Origin: Cenarchaeum sp.
GTDB lineage: Archaea; Thermoproteota; Nitrososphaeria; Nitrososphaerales; Nitrosopumilaceae
Reading direction: 5' to 3'
NCBI GenBank assembly: GCA_965242695.1
Contig: CBDESU010000001.1
Span: 2,048,001 to 2,112,000, forward strand
Length of the DNA: 64,000 bases
The first letter of the stretch is position 1. Every line of letters starts with the position of its first letter. The translations under genes were made by a program, and so were the position numbers. Of this stretch, positions 49,271-58,792 are shown piece by piece. Below the pieces are notes generated by a model. It was not told where the DNA came from and made no database searches. It saw only the letters and a program-made list of their open reading frames with translations.

Positions 49271-49795
49271 TTATGTGTTTTGGTACTCGGCATGTGCCTT
49301 GGAGCTTACAGCATCGTCGATCATACGGATAAACTCAGCCTTCGACATACGGCGTAGCTTTACAGAGCCCGAGGCGATGGCCTCAATGTCTGCGATCTCC
49401 CCGGGTGACAGGGGTGGAGAGTATACGGGAGAGGCCCCCTCCGCGCCTCCGGGTGCAGATTGAAAGTCCGCCCCCAATCCAGGGCCACACGGCATGTCAG
49501 TCTGCAGACCCAAGCGCCCGGGATCACCGCCTATCTCTGCCAGACCTTTGCGGGTAATCTGGACCGAGCCGCGGCTCGGGTACGACACAAGACCGGCTTT
49601 TTTTAGGCTAGTCTTGACGCGGCCGATTTTGCGCCTTGTATTACTGACAGGGCTGTTTTTGGTCCGCGCATCCGAATCATCCCGGACAAGGATCGCAGAC
49701 TTTGCCAGAATCTCTTCAAGTTCGTCCACCGAGCGGGTCCGTCCATCCGCGATTCCGCGCAAGAGAGGAACCGCCATGTCTGCAACGCGTGGCAT
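49271..49795 (-). CDS. Mrr_N-like wHTH protein with antitoxin-like tail
   Basis: PLLRGIADG...LKKAGLV..PSRG...IT.KG; acidic C-terminal segment; lies upstream of the toxin. Confidence 0.6.
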   Translation of the reverse strand: MPRVADMAVPLLRGIADGRTRSVDELEEILAKSAILVRDDSDARTKNSPVSNTRRKIGRVKTSLKKAGLVSYPSRGSVQITRKGLAEIGGDPGRLGLQTDMPCGPGLGADFQSAPGGAEGASPVYSPPLSPGEIADIEAIASGSVKLRRMSKAEFIRMIDDAVSSKAHAEYQNT

Positions 49796-50332
49796 CCGGC
49801 AAGCCCACGATGCGGCGGTATATATGCATTTTATGACGGGCCGTCCCGAACCGATGGCCCTGCCCCTACAGGTCGGCAGGTGTGCTAGACATGCGCGCCG
49901 GTAGAGCCGAGCGCTTACGAGCCGGCGACAGCAGCGGGCAAGAAGTGTGCAGAATCGGCGCGCCGGCGCCACATATCGCCATGTCGAGCACTGGCGGCCG
50001 CACTAGGCGCCGCCCGCCTGCACCCGGCGAGCAGTGTGCCTAGGGCATGCCGGGGAGCAGGCAGATGGCCGCACTAGGCGCCGCCCGCCTGCACACTGCA
50101 TTGCCTGCTACTAGCGAGCAGGACATACCGCGGACCCTGCCGCTTGCACATCCTTTTCCCCCGCTGTGAGTCTGGCAGGCTGCCGGCGACTGGTCCAACC
50201 CCACCCCCACCCCCCACCCCCCACCCCCCACCACCACAAGTCGCGCGAGGCAGTCCCGGCCCCACCCCCCCCCCCCCACCCCCCCGCCACGGGCGACAGA
50301 AACAAAAGAGCCGCGGCGGGCGCGCCGGCGCG

Positions 50333-52069
50333 TTGGCGCTCATAGACAGGTTCCCGTCGGGGTGCACCCCGCGGCCGACGCAGACGGACATCATACGGCA
50401 GATCGAGGAGGCCGTCGGGTCGGGCTACCGCAACATACTGCTGTGCGCGCCGACCGGCATAGGCAAGAGCCACATTGCCGCCACGGTGGCGGCCTCGCGC
50501 GGCTCGTCGTTCATAGTGACGGCGCAAAAGATACTCCAGGACCAGTACACGGGCGACTTTGGCTGGATGAGGCCCATGAAGGGCATGTCCAACTTTCCGT
50601 GCCTGGACCTGTACGACAGCAAAAAGATCGACTACGACACTGCCGCAAGCGACCCGTCCGTGTCGTGCGCAAGGGGCGACTGCTCGAGGGAGGTGCGCAG
50701 GGACGGCGTCACAAAGACCGTGTGGTGCAAGTACAAGCCGCGCATCGACGACTACGAGGACGGCGAGCCGCAGGCGCCGCCGCCAGGGACCGACCAGCCG
50801 TGCCACTACTACGACCAAAAGTACAGGGCCCTCAACGCCGCCCACGCCGTCTTCAACTATCCTGCGTACTTTCAGACGCGCAAGTACTCGAAAGGGATAG
50901 CCGAGTACCTCGAGCGGCAGGTGCTCGTCGCCGACGAGACGCACGAGATCGAGGACCAGATCATCGACTTCATCGGGTACGAGCTGCACGCGCCTATGCT
51001 GCGCGACGCGGGGCTGGAGTTTTCGGGGTTCAAGATCACGGACATCGAGGGCGTCGCCGCCGTCGTAGAGGCCACCGCCGACTCGTACAACCGCAGGGTA
51101 AAGAGCATGGAGGCCGAGACCGAGCGGGCGATGGCAGGCAGGGCCGAGCCCGAGGAGAACCCGCTGATCGCCGCGTACAAGTCGAGGCGAGACCGCCTCG
51201 ACTCCATACTCAGGGAGATCAAGAGGGACCCGTCCAACATGGTCTACCAGGTCAAGCGCGAGGGCGGGTGGAGCGACCGCGCCGACGACGGCGAGATCGT
51301 CGCCGTCTCGGTAAAGCCGCTCGACATATCGCCGTACGTGAGGGACTACTTCGACTACCCGCTGCAGGTGTTCATGAGCGCGACCATAAACATGACCATG
51401 TTCTGCAGGACGATGGGGTTTGGCGAGGACGAGTGCAGGTTCATAGAGGTCGCAAGGTCGCCGTTCAAGGCAGAGAACAGGACCGTCACGTTCCACGACG
51501 TGAGGCGCCTCAGCTACCGCTCGACGCGCGAGGACTATGCGGCAGTGTACTCAAAGGCGCGGCAGATAGCCGGCATGTACGGAGACCAGAAGGGGCTCAT
51601 ACTGACTACGACGCGCAAGCACTGCGACGACGTGGCCGGCGCCATCGGCGGCAGGGTGCAGATCGCGTACGAGCGCGACGGGATGGGCAGGGATGCCGTC
51701 CTCAAGAGGCACACCGAGGCCGACGGGCCGAGCGTCCTCGCCTCGCCGTCGCTGTGGTACGGCGTCGACCTGAAGGGCGACCTGTCGCGGTTCCAGATCA
51801 TAGTAAAGGCGCCGTACCCGTCCATGGGCGACAAGCGCACAAAGGCAAAGGCCGACAAGGACCCCCTGTGGTACCAGTACACCGCCCTCGTAAAGCTGCT
51901 GCAGGGGTTTGGCAGGTCGGTGCGCGGCCAGGACGACTATGCCGAGACGCACGTGCTCGACGAGGGCGCAAGGACGCTGCTGTACAAGATGAGAAGGTTC
52001 GTGCCAGAGGCGTACCACGACGTCCTCGGGTGGGACGAGGGAGGCGGCGGGGCGGCGCAGCAGAAGTAG
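50333..52069 (+). CDS. DinG/XPD-family SF2 helicase
   Basis: APTGIGKS, Cys-rich insert, DETH, SATI, GVDLKG, QGFGRSVR. Start approximate. Confidence 0.85.
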   Translation: MALIDRFPSGCTPRPTQTDIIRQIEEAVGSGYRNILLCAPTGIGKSHIAATVAASRGSSFIVTAQKILQDQYTGDFGWMRPMKGMSNFPCLDLYDSKKIDYDTAASDPSVSCARGDCSREVRRDGVTKTVWCKYKPRIDDYEDGEPQAPPPGTDQPCHYYDQKYRALNAAHAVFNYPAYFQTRKYSKGIAEYLERQVLVADETHEIEDQIIDFIGYELHAPMLRDAGLEFSGFKITDIEGVAAVVEATADSYNRRVKSMEAETERAMAGRAEPEENPLIAAYKSRRDRLDSILREIKRDPSNMVYQVKREGGWSDRADDGEIVAVSVKPLDISPYVRDYFDYPLQVFMSATINMTMFCRTMGFGEDECRFIEVARSPFKAENRTVTFHDVRRLSYRSTREDYAAVYSKARQIAGMYGDQKGLILTTTRKHCDDVAGAIGGRVQIAYERDGMGRDAVLKRHTEADGPSVLASPSLWYGVDLKGDLSRFQIIVKAPYPSMGDKRTKAKADKDPLWYQYTALVKLLQGFGRSVRGQDDYAETHVLDEGARTLLYKMRRFVPEAYHDVLGWDEGGGGAAQQK

Positions 52070-52086
52070 GAAGCGGTGCCGGCCCG

Positions 52087-52596
52087 TCAGCCCGAGCCGC
52101 CGGCGTCGGCATCCGCATCTGCGTCGGCCTCTGCAGAGGCGGCCGCGGCCGCCTGCGCGCAGTACTCGTTGACGTACCACGGCAGCAGGTTCTTGCACGA
52201 GGGAGGCAGGATGTACGAGGCAGGTGTCGGCGATCCGCCCTTGCGCGTCGGGTCGAACGGATCCCCCGTCCTGTACAGGCGGTACTGCGCGCGGCCCGTC
52301 CTGTACAGGTAGCGGTGCATGCCCGGCGAGGCCGGCGCGTTGGCCACGCCGTGGACGCTCACGGCAGCCGCTAGGGCGTTGCGCGACACGTCGGGGCAGA
52401 AGCCGAGCTCGCGCACGCGTGCGATTATCTGGCGGTTTGAGAATACGGCGTCGGGCCCCTGCTCGCGCTGCATCGTAGCGGCCGCGATCCACACGGCCAC
52501 GGCGGCGGGCAGGCGGCCGCGGGCGGGCAGGCCGAGCTCGGGTCCGGTGTCGGCGCCCGTACCGGCGCTGGCGCCGTCTCCTCCCCCGGCCGCCAT
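52087..52596 (-). CDS. Hypothetical protein (possible wHTH)
   Basis: Globular core VWIAAATM...HGVAN...RYLYR...YRLYR; immediately downstream of the DUF4011 gene. Confidence 0.65.
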   Translation of the reverse strand: MAAGGGDGASAGTGADTGPELGLPARGRLPAAVAVWIAAATMQREQGPDAVFSNRQIIARVRELGFCPDVSRNALAAAVSVHGVANAPASPGMHRYLYRTGRAQYRLYRTGDPFDPTRKGGSPTPASYILPPSCKNLLPWYVNEYCAQAAAAASAEADADADADAGGSG

Positions 52597-52598
52597 TG

Positions 52599-55500
52599 CT
52601 ACCTCCCCCCCTCCGCCGCCGCCGTTGGCGCCGGCGGCGATGCCTCGGCATCCCCCGCCGGCGCGGCGGGCGCCGCGTCCCTGCCGTTCCCTGGCCCTGA
52701 TCCGCCTGCGCGGCTGGAGCCGCGCCTGCGCCGGTCGGCCTCGACGAGCTCTTCGATCTTCCGCTCTAGCCGGTCCACCTCGGCCTCCTTGTCGCGCCAC
52801 CACCTCCTGCTCCAGACCCTCTCGATCGACCACCCCTTGCCCTCTAGGAACTGCTGCCGCATGATGTCGCGCTCGCGCACGCTCCTTGCCGAGTGGAACG
52901 TGGCCCCGTCGCACTCGATGCCGAGCACGTACCTCCTCTCGTCGTCGGGGTGCGCGACGGCCAGGTCGATCCTGTACCCCGAGAACCCGACCTGCGTGTC
53001 GACACGGTGGCCCCTCTTCTCGAGGGCCGTGTGCACCTGCACCTCAAACTCCGAGTCGAACTCTAGGTCGCCCGGGCCGGAAGGCCCCCCGCCGCGCGCA
53101 GGCATCGACGGGTTGATCGACCGTATGACGGCCTCCTGCGCGTCTCCGTCCGACGAGCCGGTCGCCCTCGCGTACTCGAGGAACTGCCTCAGGCGCAGCG
53201 GCCCGTCGTTCTTTGGGGTCGGGCGCACGTCGTTCGGCTCTATCGACGAGACGACGACCATCTCCTGCCTGGCCCTCGTGACGGCCACGTTGAGGCGGTT
53301 CTCGCCTCCGGCCGCGCTCAGTGCGCCGAACCTGTTGACAAACTTGCCGTCGGCATCCCTTGCGTACCCGATGGAAAAGACGATCACGTCGCGCTCGTCG
53401 CCCTGCACGTTCTCTATGTTCTTTATGAACAGCGCATCGTCGCGGCCGGCCGACTCGTGGGCCGCCGCATGCAGCTCGGCAAAGCCCGCATCCTCGTCGA
53501 GCCGCGCGTCGCGGCGGTCCATGACGAGCTCCTGCTGCGCCTCGTTGAACGTAATGACGCCGACCGACCGGTACGGCGAGCCGTCCTTCCGCGAGCGCTC
53601 CCACTCGGCTGCGACCTCGTCGAGGACCGCCTCGGCCTCGACGAGGTTGCGCCTCTTTTCCCACACGCCGCTGCACTTTACCCAGCGTATGGGCGGGTGC
53701 TCGGGGTCTACGGCCGCGTTCGGCGCGATGTTGAGGTTGCCGCCGTAGAACGCGTGGTTTGAAAAGTTGATCAGGTCCTGGTACCTCGAGCGGTAGTGCC
53801 AGGAGAGCATCGTATGGCCGTACCGGGCCGCCGCAAGCTCGAGCAGGCTCTTTTCGGGCGGCGGGCGCGAGCCGTCGTCCTCGCCCCCCTCTTCCTCGTC
53901 GTCTTCGTCCCCGTCGCCGCCGCGTATGCGGAACAGGTCGAACGGCGGCAGCTGCTTCTCGTCGCCGGCCACTACGGCCCTGCGCGCCCTGTGCAGGAAC
54001 GGCATCGCCCGCTCGGCCGCAAGCTGGCTCGCCTCGTCGACTATGGCCAGGTCGAACATGCCGCGCTTGAGCGGGAATATGCGGGACACGGACTCTGGCG
54101 ATGCGAGCCAGCACGGCGCCAGCCGGAGCAGCTGCCTGTCGTACTTTTCAAAGAGGCGGCGCACCGGCATGACGCGCCGCTTGCGCGACAGCTCGCGGCG
54201 CAGCTCCATCCACACGTCGGCATCGGCGCCGCGCCGCCTGCCGCGCAGGCTGTCCGGGCGGACGGCCCCGTCGATGGCCTGCTTTATCTTGGCCGTGACA
54301 AGGGCGCGCTTTTCCTCGACGAGGGCGGCAAGGTCGGCGCGCCGCTTTTCGTACTCGGCGACAAAGTCGCCGCGCAGCAGGCGGCTGCCGCGCTCGATCT
54401 CGTCTAGCCAGTGCGCGTAGATCTCTTGGCGGATCATCGCCGACCAGCGGGCGCCGCCGGCTGCCGGCAGGCGCCCGTCGGCGTGCGCAAGCGCCTCGAA
54501 GACGCCCTGCCCCGCATAGTCGGACCTCTTGAGGTCAAGGTCGCGCATCGCCTCGAACTCGTCTAGGTCGGAGCGCATCGCCCCGAGCGTGCGGGACAGC
54601 TGCGCCGTCGAGTGTCCGCCTCCGCCTCCGTCCCACGGCGACAAGGGGGCCGCGGCCGCATCCTTGTACAGCCCGAGGCGGGCGGCCGAGCCGTCCTCGA
54701 GGCGGCCTGCCAGCTCGTCGATCATGCCCCACATCTCCAGGCCGGCCTCGATGCCGGCCCGCATGCCCCTGACGGCGGGCTCGTCCGCGGCGGCCGACTC
54801 TCCGAGCTCGGCCCGTATCGCCTTTGCGTGGCCGCGCCTCTTGAGGCCGAGAAAGCCGCCGCCTGCCAGGTACCCGTCGATCGCATCCAAGAGGGCCCTC
54901 TGCCTGCCCGCATCGGGGGCCATCGCGCAGCGCGGCGCGGCCTCGATCATGCGGTCGAGCAGGCCGCGCAGCCGCAGCGCATCGCCCGAGCTCATGTCCG
55001 CAAAGCCGCGGCGCCCCGCCCACGGGCTCCCCGCCGAGTCGAACCGCCGGTACGCGTCCTCGACGCCGTCGACGCGGCCGATGAACTCGTCGAGTCCCTC
55101 CCAGTCGACGGGCAGGCCGAGCGAGGCCACGTCCAGGGCAGGCTCGTACCTGCCGTCGGCTGTCGCGTACAGCGCGTGCGCGCTCGCTCCGCCAAAGCGC
55201 CTCTCGCGCAGCGCCGCTCCGAGGTCGACAAGGTACCCTACGCACTTGTCTATGCGGGCCGACGCCTCCCTCACGCGCCTGCCGGCCTCGGAGACGTGCG
55301 ATGCCGGGGCGTCCGCCTCGATCGTCGAGAGCAGTTGCTCGTACATGCGCCGCCTGTCCTCCATCTCGCGCTCGATGAACACGGCGTACTCTGCCAGCCC
55401 GACGCGGCCGAGGCGCTGCCTGACGACCTCGAGGGCGGCCCGCTTCTGGCACACGACGAGGACCTTCTTGCCCGACGAGAGGGCGTTTGCGACCAGGTTT

Positions 55501-56762
55501 ACTATCACCTGCGACTTGCCCGTGCCCGGGGGCCCCCTCACGACGCACAGGTCGTCGGATGCGGACCTCAGCACCACCTCGTCCTGGCTCGAGTCGCTGT
55601 CGAGGATGGTGTCTAGGCTGGCCGCGCCTGCCGCATCGATGTCCATCCGGCCGGCCTCGTCGCCAAAGTCGCCGGGGCCGGCATCGTCGCCGCCGCCGCC
55701 CTCCGCGCCTCCCCCCAGGATGAGCGCGGCGGCCAGTCCCTCGCCGGCCCCCCCGCTGCCTCCCATCATCTCGGCATAGTCGCGGTAGATCTCGCTGTCG
55801 GCCTGCGGAAAGCTCCCGACTACGGCGTGCCCGACCAGGCGGAGCGGGGAGCCTGCCAGCCGGCCGTCGATGTCGTCGTTGGTGATCGTTCCGAGCTCGA
55901 CGGGGCCCGGCTCGGCCGGGGCGGGGCCGACGTCGACCAGGTCCGACGCCCAGCCGGCGACGGCCGAGAACAGGCCCGCGGCGGCCGCATCGCCGCGGCC
56001 GGCGCCCGAGGCGGCGTGCGCCTCGGCCGCATCCTCGATCATCTCGTCGAACCGCTCCTCGTACCCCTCGGGCAGGTCGTACCCCCCCTTCTTGCGCAGG
56101 GCCGCGAACAGGGCCCTGTTGAGCACCGGCCTCTGGTCGAGCAGGCGCATGTACCAGCCGGACCCGCGGGCCTTCTTTTCGTACTCTAGGCGCATCGGGA
56201 ACAGCGCGATCGGCCCGCGCACGTACATGCTCGCCTCGGGCGAGCCCTCTAGGAACGGGTAGCCGAGGTACCCCGTGTGCTGGCCCGTCTCGTTCTCGAT
56301 CTGCTCCAGGCTCCTCTTGAGGGCGCGCAGCGACGAGCGCAGCGGGTCGGCGGTGTTCCTTTCGTCCCCGTCTGCCTCGCCGGCGCCCGCGGCGCCGCCG
56401 GCATTGGCGCGCCTGCCGGCCGAGTCGAGCAGCAGCCTCACGCGCGCGCCCTCGTCGACCTTGCCGTCGAGCGCATCGGCGAGGTTGCCCGCCGCGGCGG
56501 CGACCGCCTTTGCGGCCGTGCCGCCGCCGAACTCGTCGAGGCGGACGAGGTCCAGGTTGTGCCGTTTGTAGGCGCGCCTGAGCAGGACGGAGCGGTTTCG
56601 CGTCGTCACCTGCAAGAGGCGGTCCTGGTACGACTTTAGCGCGGGCGCGATGCGGCTTGCTGCGGACGCGGCGGCGGCGGCGACCCCACGGCGCCCCTGC
56701 GGGGCATCCTGCGGCGTCCCATAGGCCGCGGCGCCGCCGTCCCCCGCCCCGCCCGCGCTCAT
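52599..56762 (-). CDS. DUF4011-SF1 helicase-Vsr-like nuclease (Hhe-like defence protein)
   Basis: RLLQVTTRNRSV, GPPGTGKSQ, DEASQ, HYRS, VQGDERD, RLNVAVTRAR, FDSEFE...IECDGATFH. Confidence 0.88.
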   Translation of the reverse strand: MSAGGAGDGGAAAYGTPQDAPQGRRGVAAAAASAASRIAPALKSYQDRLLQVTTRNRSVLLRRAYKRHNLDLVRLDEFGGGTAAKAVAAAAGNLADALDGKVDEGARVRLLLDSAGRRANAGGAAGAGEADGDERNTADPLRSSLRALKRSLEQIENETGQHTGYLGYPFLEGSPEASMYVRGPIALFPMRLEYEKKARGSGWYMRLLDQRPVLNRALFAALRKKGGYDLPEGYEERFDEMIEDAAEAHAASGAGRGDAAAAGLFSAVAGWASDLVDVGPAPAEPGPVELGTITNDDIDGRLAGSPLRLVGHAVVGSFPQADSEIYRDYAEMMGGSGGAGEGLAAALILGGGAEGGGGDDAGPGDFGDEAGRMDIDAAGAASLDTILDSDSSQDEVVLRSASDDLCVVRGPPGTGKSQVIVNLVANALSSGKKVLVVCQKRAALEVVRQRLGRVGLAEYAVFIEREMEDRRRMYEQLLSTIEADAPASHVSEAGRRVREASARIDKCVGYLVDLGAALRERRFGGASAHALYATADGRYEPALDVASLGLPVDWEGLDEFIGRVDGVEDAYRRFDSAGSPWAGRRGFADMSSGDALRLRGLLDRMIEAAPRCAMAPDAGRQRALLDAIDGYLAGGGFLGLKRRGHAKAIRAELGESAAADEPAVRGMRAGIEAGLEMWGMIDELAGRLEDGSAARLGLYKDAAAAPLSPWDGGGGGHSTAQLSRTLGAMRSDLDEFEAMRDLDLKRSDYAGQGVFEALAHADGRLPAAGGARWSAMIRQEIYAHWLDEIERGSRLLRGDFVAEYEKRRADLAALVEEKRALVTAKIKQAIDGAVRPDSLRGRRRGADADVWMELRRELSRKRRVMPVRRLFEKYDRQLLRLAPCWLASPESVSRIFPLKRGMFDLAIVDEASQLAAERAMPFLHRARRAVVAGDEKQLPPFDLFRIRGGDGDEDDEEEGGEDDGSRPPPEKSLLELAAARYGHTMLSWHYRSRYQDLINFSNHAFYGGNLNIAPNAAVDPEHPPIRWVKCSGVWEKRRNLVEAEAVLDEVAAEWERSRKDGSPYRSVGVITFNEAQQELVMDRRDARLDEDAGFAELHAAAHESAGRDDALFIKNIENVQGDERDVIVFSIGYARDADGKFVNRFGALSAAGGENRLNVAVTRARQEMVVVSSIEPNDVRPTPKNDGPLRLRQFLEYARATGSSDGDAQEAVIRSINPSMPARGGGPSGPGDLEFDSEFEVQVHTALEKRGHRVDTQVGFSGYRIDLAVAHPDDERRYVLGIECDGATFHSARSVRERDIMRQQFLEGKGWSIERVWSRRWWRDKEAEVDRLERKIEELVEADRRRRGSSRAGGSGPGNGRDAAPAAPAGDAEASPPAPTAAAEGGR

Positions 56763-56861
56763 GCGGCCGCGCGCAGCGGCCTTTTTCTTATTGCTTGCGG
56801 CGCTAGCGGCCGCGCGCGCCTGCCGCCCAATCTTAAAAGCGGGCCCGCCGTGGCGCCTATC

Positions 56862-56939
56862 GGGTCTGTAGCTCAGTATGGATAGAGTGTTGGACTTCTA
56901 ATCCAATGGTCGAGAGATCGAAGCTCTCCAGACCCGCCA
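56862..56939 (+). tRNA. tRNA-Arg(TCT), CCA encoded
   Basis: Cloverleaf; anticodon arm TTGGA-CTTCTAA-TCCAA. Confidence 0.93.
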
Positions 56940-57136
56940 TCAAGCAGCGCCGGCGCGGCCGCGCCCTCGCGGGGCCCGGCAGGCGGCATACGCCCGACTG
57001 CGGGGCAGCCTTCGCCGGCGATGCGGCGCCCCGCCTACCGCCCGCAATCCCGCACCTCCGGCGGTTTCGGCGTGCCCCCCACCCCACCCGCCTCCCCCCA
57101 ACGTTTAAGGCGGGCGATCGCGCCGCGGGGAATAGG

Positions 57137-58456
57137 TTGGACACGTATGCGGAGCTTTGCAGCAGGCTGGCCGAGGCGGACTGGGAGAATGCGAGGGACC
57201 TGGAGCTTGTGCGCGGCGGCGGGTGGGACGAGGCAAAGCACCTGGTGGCAAAGGCGGCCCTGGCCATGAGCAACCTAGAGGGCGGGGGGCGAATCGTGAT
57301 CGGCATCGACGGGAGCAGGGAGGGCAGGGATCGGCTGGCAGGCATGGACGAGGAGGCGAGCGCCACCTTTGACGAGGGCGCCGTGTCGGAGCTTGTCAAC
57401 GACTACGCCGATCCCCCTGTCCAGGTGCGGGTGAGGAAAGTGTCGGACGGCGGGCGCCACTTTGTGGTCATCGGCGTGCAGGGATTCGACTACCAGCCGA
57501 CCCTGTGCAGCAGGAGCCTCGACAGGGGCGGCAAGGAGTACCTGGAGGCCGGAAGGCTGTACTACAGGCCCAGGGGAAGGGCGGAGAGCACCGCCCGGCT
57601 TGCGCATCATGACATGCGGGAGTTGCTGGACGTGGCCGTGGCAAAGCGCCACAACTATTGGCGAAGGGTGTGCGCTGGCATGGGCATCGACATGGGAGGG
57701 GGCGCGGGCGGCATTTCCGGCAGTGCGAAGCCCGACCTAGGCGACGGCGGGATTTTGGCGGCGGTAAAGGAAAGGGCGCACTACGCAATAGCCATGCAGC
57801 CCCGCACGCCAAAAGACTTTTCGCTCGACGAGCTTGAGGGCATGGTAAGGGACTGCCGCGTGAGGCGCAGGGAGCTCCCATATCCGTACGCCCCGGACGG
57901 CGGGGCGCAAAGGCTGGAGAACTGCATAGAGGCATCCCACATGGGAGGCCTGCATGCGGGCGTGTGGAGGCTCTACAGGAGCGGGCAGTTCGGCGAGTGC
58001 TTGGGACTCTACGAGGCCAGGTGGCCGCCCGGCCAGCCGCCCAGCCGCGGATCCCGCGCGCCGCCGAGGGAAAGGTTCCTAGAGCCGGCGCTCACGCTGT
58101 ACCGGATAAGCGAGGTGTTCCTGTTCGCCTCGCGGCTGGCCCGCAGGATTCCCGACGTATGGCGGATCAAGATCGATCTCTGCGGCATGCGGGACAGGAT
58201 GCTCGACGTTCGCGTGCCCGAGCGGTTCGGGCTGTACGGCGACTACAAGTGCGATGTGCCCGTCATAAGCCTGTCGGCCGAGCTCGACTCGGGGCTCCTC
58301 CAGGCCTGCTACGCCGACCTTGCCGTGGAGAAGACGATCGAGGTCTTGGAATGCTTCGGCTGGCAGGAAGAAATGCCAAGGACCCTCAGGGAAGAGCAGG
58401 ATCGCATGTACAGGTGGGGCGAAACCAAGTCGATGCCGGTGCCGATCAGCGGCTAG
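57137..58456 (+). CDS. Schlafen/AlbA_2 domain protein
   Basis: AMSNLEGGGRIVIGID, YYRPRGRAES. TTG start inferred. Confidence 0.8.
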   Translation: MDTYAELCSRLAEADWENARDLELVRGGGWDEAKHLVAKAALAMSNLEGGGRIVIGIDGSREGRDRLAGMDEEASATFDEGAVSELVNDYADPPVQVRVRKVSDGGRHFVVIGVQGFDYQPTLCSRSLDRGGKEYLEAGRLYYRPRGRAESTARLAHHDMRELLDVAVAKRHNYWRRVCAGMGIDMGGGAGGISGSAKPDLGDGGILAAVKERAHYAIAMQPRTPKDFSLDELEGMVRDCRVRRRELPYPYAPDGGAQRLENCIEASHMGGLHAGVWRLYRSGQFGECLGLYEARWPPGQPPSRGSRAPPRERFLEPALTLYRISEVFLFASRLARRIPDVWRIKIDLCGMRDRMLDVRVPERFGLYGDYKCDVPVISLSAELDSGLLQACYADLAVEKTIEVLECFGWQEEMPRTLREEQDRMYRWGETKSMPVPISG

Positions 58457-58792
58457 CATCGGGGCCGGCGGGATCGGCGGCGGGCCTGCGCGCGCCGGCG
58501 GCCGGCCGGCGCGGCGGAAGAGGGCGCACATTGCGGCAGCGCAGTGCCGGAAGAGGTTCACGGCGGCGGAGCCGGCATGGCCGCCTGTGCCCGAACGCGG
58601 CTCGAGCATGGGCAACGGGGCCGCACCGCAGGGACGATCCGCAGCCGCCGGCCGCGGCTTTGCAGCTCGGTGCGGCCCCCCGCCCGCCCGCCGACGGGCC
58701 TCTTCCACCCTGGCAGGACAGCGGCGGCGGCGCATGCCGGCGGCGCGGGCGCGCAGGGTACTCTTTTTAGTGAGGCGCATTCGGCGCGGCCA

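Noticed and set aside
49995-50096. 28-bp direct repeat ggccgcactaggcgccgcccgcctgcac as att sites
   Set aside because: The copies are only about 70 bp apart and there is no integrase; probably a local duplication.
50195-50290. Poly-C tracts (also near 22230, 36112, 60050) as phase-variation switches
   Set aside because: Such tracts are common in intergenic DNA across this window, with no evidence of length variation.
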